From Cyanophora paradoxa CCMP329 (Eukaryota; Plantae; Glaucophyta): 64,000 nucleotides of DNA. Every line of letters begins with the position of its first letter. Positions within the stretch are counted from its first letter, which is position 1. The stretch spans positions 1 through 64,000 of the forward strand of contig QPMI01000081.1 of the NCBI GenBank assembly GCA_004431415.1. Reading direction: 5' to 3'. The translations under genes were made by a program, and so were the position numbers. Below the pieces are notes generated by a model. That model was not told the origin of the DNA and did not search any database. It saw only the letters and a list, made by a program, of their open reading frames with translations. Below, one piece after another: positions 59,976-64,000 of this stretch.

Positions 59976-61571
59976 CGCCGCCGTCCTCGAGGCCGTTGTG
60001 CGCGCCCCGCCGCCCCCCGCGCCTCGCGCCGCCGCCGACGCGGCGCAGGGCCAGGCGGAGGTGGACAGGGCTCGCCAACCTCTCCGCGCAACCTAGGCGT
60101 GCTTCCGTTCAAGAAGCGGCGGCGTCCCCCGTTCTCGAGGCGCAGAAATGCGCGCACCTCGCGGGCGCTGTCGTACGTCAGTTCCCGTCAACCTCTCCGC
60201 GCACGCCGACCCCATCGCCCTGCGGCTGCGCGTCGCGGCGGCCTCCGGTGCGCCCCCGCCCCCGGCGCCACCGCCGCCGACCGCGCCGGCCCCGCGCGCA
60301 GCCCGGGAGGAGTAGGCCGCTCTTCTTCCTCCGGAGCCTGCAGCTCGCAGTGTACACGGCTCTCATCGAATCCTCCGAACCCTGTAGTTCCGAGTCAGTT
60401 CTCATTTTCGAGCCCATTCTACTCATATGCGTTCACGTTTTACCTCTTAAGCTCTTTTTATAACATATACTTATTATAACTATGTAAATCGCGATCGTCT
60501 TTTGTGTACATCTTGTCCTCAGATATTACTTACATCGCCCACCGTATATGTACATGTGCCATGTATAGCTTCGATCGATCATGATCAGGCGATTATTAGT
60601 TCCTGCAATAGCTAGCGCTGTTATTTTCACGCAATACTATGATAGCTAAAATGTATTAATGCAGAATGAATACTGCTGATGAATCTTATAATGCCAGAAG
60701 AAGAACTGCAAATGCCATGATAAAGATTATAATTAAATATAATGCTTGGAACATTCGAATTAGCGCTGCCACAGCTGCAGCTATATAGCTAGCTCCCAAT
60801 CGAGCAGCTCGCGAGCCACAGAATTTGAATTCGGAATTTTGTTTTGGTGAATTTCCGGCCACAGTCTCTAAACACCAGCACTGCGGGGGCTGCCCAGGGG
60901 GCATAAAGACAAAAAAGCAAAATAACTAAGATAAGAGCACGAAGAAAGATAAGACAAAGAGCCAAAATCGACAATGAAAAAGAAAAGACACAGGGCTCGA
61001 GACAGATCGAGAAGAGACGACAAATCGAGCAGATCGAGCGACAGAGAAATTCGGAATTTTGAATTCATAGAAAAACTGACACGTACACATGTTCACTCAT
61101 GATCAGCTTCACTGCCCGGCCCGATTGGATCTGCAGAGTCGAGCTACGGATTCAGAGGAAGACAACGTTGACTAAGAAAACTAATCATCCAATGACTAAA
61201 AATATCTGTGTATAGCTACATCTAAAAGACGATATGGAAATGACCTTCAAGGATCACAGAATACGGGGGTCGATGGGACTAGTAGTAGTCTAGTACTAAT
61301 CATAAGAGTAGACTGTGATGACGCCAAAGAACCAGCCTAGTGACCGACCTATTAAGTAGTAAAGCAGCCGAAAGAAGCACCACTAGAACTAGACTAGTAC
61401 TACAACTCACTAGGCCTTGAAGCAAGCTAGCCGACGCAGTGATCCAAAATGTGTTAGGCTGCTTCAATTGCAAGGTGTGCTAGGCTGCTAGGGCTGCCAG
61501 ACTGCAGCTGTACATAATACACGCACTGTAGATCCACGAGTTCCTGCAATTATGCAGCTATAGCTATAGAA

Positions 61572-61987
61572 TCAAACTTCCGCATGCCTGCGGACGTGAA
61601 ACGACATATATCCCGGGTCCGATGTGGCAGCGAGGGAAGAATTGAAAGAATATACATAGATATCCCTGGCCTGGGCTCGAGCCCGTGCCCTCGAGCTCCG
61701 GGGCCTGCACCGCGGCCGCGGCGGCGGCGCTTGCGCCGGCGCCGGCCTCACATGAAGCCTCCGATGGCGCCGCCCCCGTTGGAGGCGCGGATGCGCGACA
61801 GGGTCAGGATGACCGCCGAAATGAGCGCCGAGGCAACTCTGCGAACGAAGTGCAAAGTCAGAAGGGGTTGGGGGTTGGGGGTTGAGGGTTGGGGTCAGGT
61901 TTGAGGGTTGGAGGCGGGACCCGCGGGGGTTTCGGAGGGGAGAAGAGGTGGGGGGGAGGGGCGAGGGGTTGGGGACGAAGGGTGTGT

Positions 61988-62018
<31 letters not shown>

Positions 62019-64000
62019 GGGGGGGTGAGGGGAGGGGGTGCTGGGGAAGGTGTGGGGAGGGGGTAGGCGTTGGGTTACTGTGCTCACACTCGCAGCAGAT
62101 TTCTGCGCGCATACACGCACGGACGTCAGCGAGGCCTACCCGTACACGCGTGACGCAGGAAACAAATCGGACGCACACGTCGGCCCTCATTCCAATCATC
62201 TGCCCGCGCACACGCAATATTTAGTTTCAGATGACGAAATTAAACCGAACATTCAAAAACGCTGACCGTCTCTGGGTGGAGCCGGTGGTCCCGCTGCGAG
62301 AGGGAGGAGAAGCGCATGTATAAGCGGCAGGCAGCTTTTAGTGATCTTCATCACAAGCGGCAGGCAAGCGGCGAGAGGGGGGCGCGCGCGCGTATATATG
62401 AGTGGCAGCTTTCAGTGGCAGCTATGCATATGGAAGCTCCTGTTTGCAAATCAAACGGACTCGCCTGGATGTGGCGCTCGCAGAGGGCGATGAAGCGGAG
62501 GCAGGGGCAGTGGAGGATGCTCTCGCGGCAGAGGGGGCACGCCTCGGCCGAGACGCGCGCCGCCGCCGCCCGCGACTCGTCCGCCGCCGACCTGAAGGGG
62601 CCGGGGGCCTCCGCGTCAAGGCGAGCTCAAGGGCGCTGTGGCAGAGCGCGCGGTGCGGTACGGTGCAGGCGGCGGCCGCGCCCTAGCCTCCAGCTTGCTG
62701 GGCTCCCTCTCAAGATCTAGACTAGATCAGCCCTCTACTAGGCTATACTTAGATTGCAATTGCAATCTACAGGCTAGATCCAGGAGGCTAGATCGCGATC
62801 TAGGCCCTACTCCGTCTAGGCAGTTGTCGGGCGGGGCGGGGCGGAGCGGACCGGAAGCCGAGGGAGACGGCGGCGCCGGAGGCCTCGAACTTCATCGCTG
62901 CGAACATCGCCCGCGCGCTCGCCTGCGAGACGTCGTCAGGCTGGGCGGCCTAACCCGAAGGGAGCGGGCGGGCGGGGCGACCGCGGGGCTCGCCTGGGTG
63001 GCCTCCTCGAGGCGGAGGTTGAGGTGCGACAGGAAGAAGCGGTGCTGCGCCCCGTCCCGAGCCGCGCGCGTCAGACTCGGACGGTCCGGGCGAGTCGGGC
63101 TCTGCACCTGGAAGACGAGCTGGTTGCAGCGGGCGCCGAAGAACATGCAGGCGATGAGGCAGGAGCCGAAGAAAAGCAGGTCGATGAGCGAGAGCACGTA
63201 GAACATCTGCGGTAGAGTCGGTCAGAGCGCCAGCTATAGAGTCGGCGCTGGCCGTGGTGCCTGTTGGCCCGCCCTGCTATTCCCAGCGGTCATCTAGAGC
63301 GCTGGCTAGAGAGGCCCGGCCGCCGGGCCGTCTAGATCACCAAGAACATAGAACATTGAGGTCGGAAGCGCTGAGCGCCGAAGCGGGCGCGCCTGGGGGA
63401 CGCCCGCTATAGAACTAAGAACACAGAACATAGAAGAACCTAGAACAGAGCTCTAGGGCACCACCTAGAACATATATAGAACACATATAGCTAGCTCTAG
63501 CTCTAGGGCACCTAGAAAATTAAGAACATAGAACATAGCGCCGAATTCGAAGCGGGCGGGCGGGCGGGCGCGCCTGGGGGACGGCGGTGTTGTCGACGGT
63601 GACGACGGAGGCGTACAGGACGACCCCGAGCAGCCCCACCAGGCACACCGCCACCCTAGAGCAGGTAAGAGCGGGGATGAGGAGAGGGAGGGTGGGGGGG
63701 AGGGGGGTAGCACATGGAGAGGAAGACGGCGAGGCGGACGGAGAAGCGCCAGCCGAGGTGGCACACCACCTGCCGAAGCCGCGCCTGCACGCGCGATCAA
63801 ATTAGGAGGACGAGCAGAGATCAAATTGGGGCGAGCTACGTACCCAGGCGAGGATGTTGCAGGGGCTGAGGAAGTCGAGCTGGAGGGAGGCGGCGCCGCC
63901 CCCGGCCCGCTCCGCCCGGCGCGCCTCCCCGGGCCGGCCCTCCCCGTACATCTGCGTACGTATACCCCTCAGGCCCGGGCGGGGGGGGAGAGGAAGGGAG
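61572..64000 (-). CDS. Multi-pass membrane protein of unknown family, 5' part beyond the window
   Basis: Hydrophobic exons VAVCLVGLLGVVLYASVVTVDNTA, MFYVLSLIDLLFFGSCLIACMFFGARCNQLVFQ and VASALISAVILTLSRIRAS; last exon DIYVYSFNSSLAATSDPGYMSFHVRRHAEV* ends at 61572. Confidence 0.55.

Larger units (their letters stand above)
58362..60463 (+). pseudogene. Multi-exon gene of unknown function, disrupted
   Basis: Coding-like exons (MAPADFRSLLEPARKL..., APLCTGVQFLAERVIG..., LDGSRLPSDIADGISKAFVG..., RVGFLPLKARDAPRSVFDLL...). Has an in-frame TAG at 58965-58967, apparent frameshifts and two exonic insertions. Confidence 0.6.

Noticed and set aside
61270-61420. Additional CACTA end (CACTAGAAC at 61381; also 33441)
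   Set aside because: No matching inverted terminus or TSD found; explained by local CTAG-rich sequence.
61860-61912. Interstitial telomere repeats (GGGTTG/GGGTTGA)
   Set aside because: An irregular G-rich tract inside an intron, similar to the other C/G-rich introns here.
1-64000. tRNA, rRNA or snRNA genes
   Set aside because: No cloverleaf or conserved rRNA/snRNA motifs were recognised by eye; a tRNAscan-SE or Infernal run would be needed to exclude them.

Overview
GC-rich eukaryotic DNA dense in short (~50-100 nt) spliceosomal introns. The host is probably a flagellated protist or alga; the style is reminiscent of a glaucophyte such as Cyanophora, but that is inference only. Most entries in the six-frame track are exon fragments or shadow ORFs. 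From left to right the window holds: (1) the 5' end of a decayed LTR retrotransposon on the minus strand (314-bp LTR at 2074-2387, gag-like remnant); (2) a disrupted F-box + LRR + ankyrin gene interrupted by a non-autonomous CACTA element (6453-9095, TSD GAC); (3) three large neighbouring coiled-coil genes sharing two short motifs, one ending in an AMSH-like MPN domain without HxH; (4) a recent A-B-A-B-A amplification (35779-42616) of a promoter plus gene 5' part; (5) a second CACTA element (42970-46059, TSD GAT) with different termini but the same internal core as the first; (6) a compact block with an EF-hand-like protein, HACD/PHS1, CFAP410-like LRR protein, a mitochondrial carrier and Mpv17/PMP22; (7) a pseudogene hit twice by a tiny unclassified element; (8) a truncated membrane-protein gene. 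The most unusual signals are the termini-swapped CACTA pair, the tiny GAGATAAGGG element with 13-15 bp duplications, long introns built from echo copies of their own flanking exon ends and splice sites, frequent GC-AG introns, and domain-wise enrichment of CTAG and GTAC. Gene models were read by eye and their ends are approximate. Some frameshifts sit in homopolymers and may be assembly errors.
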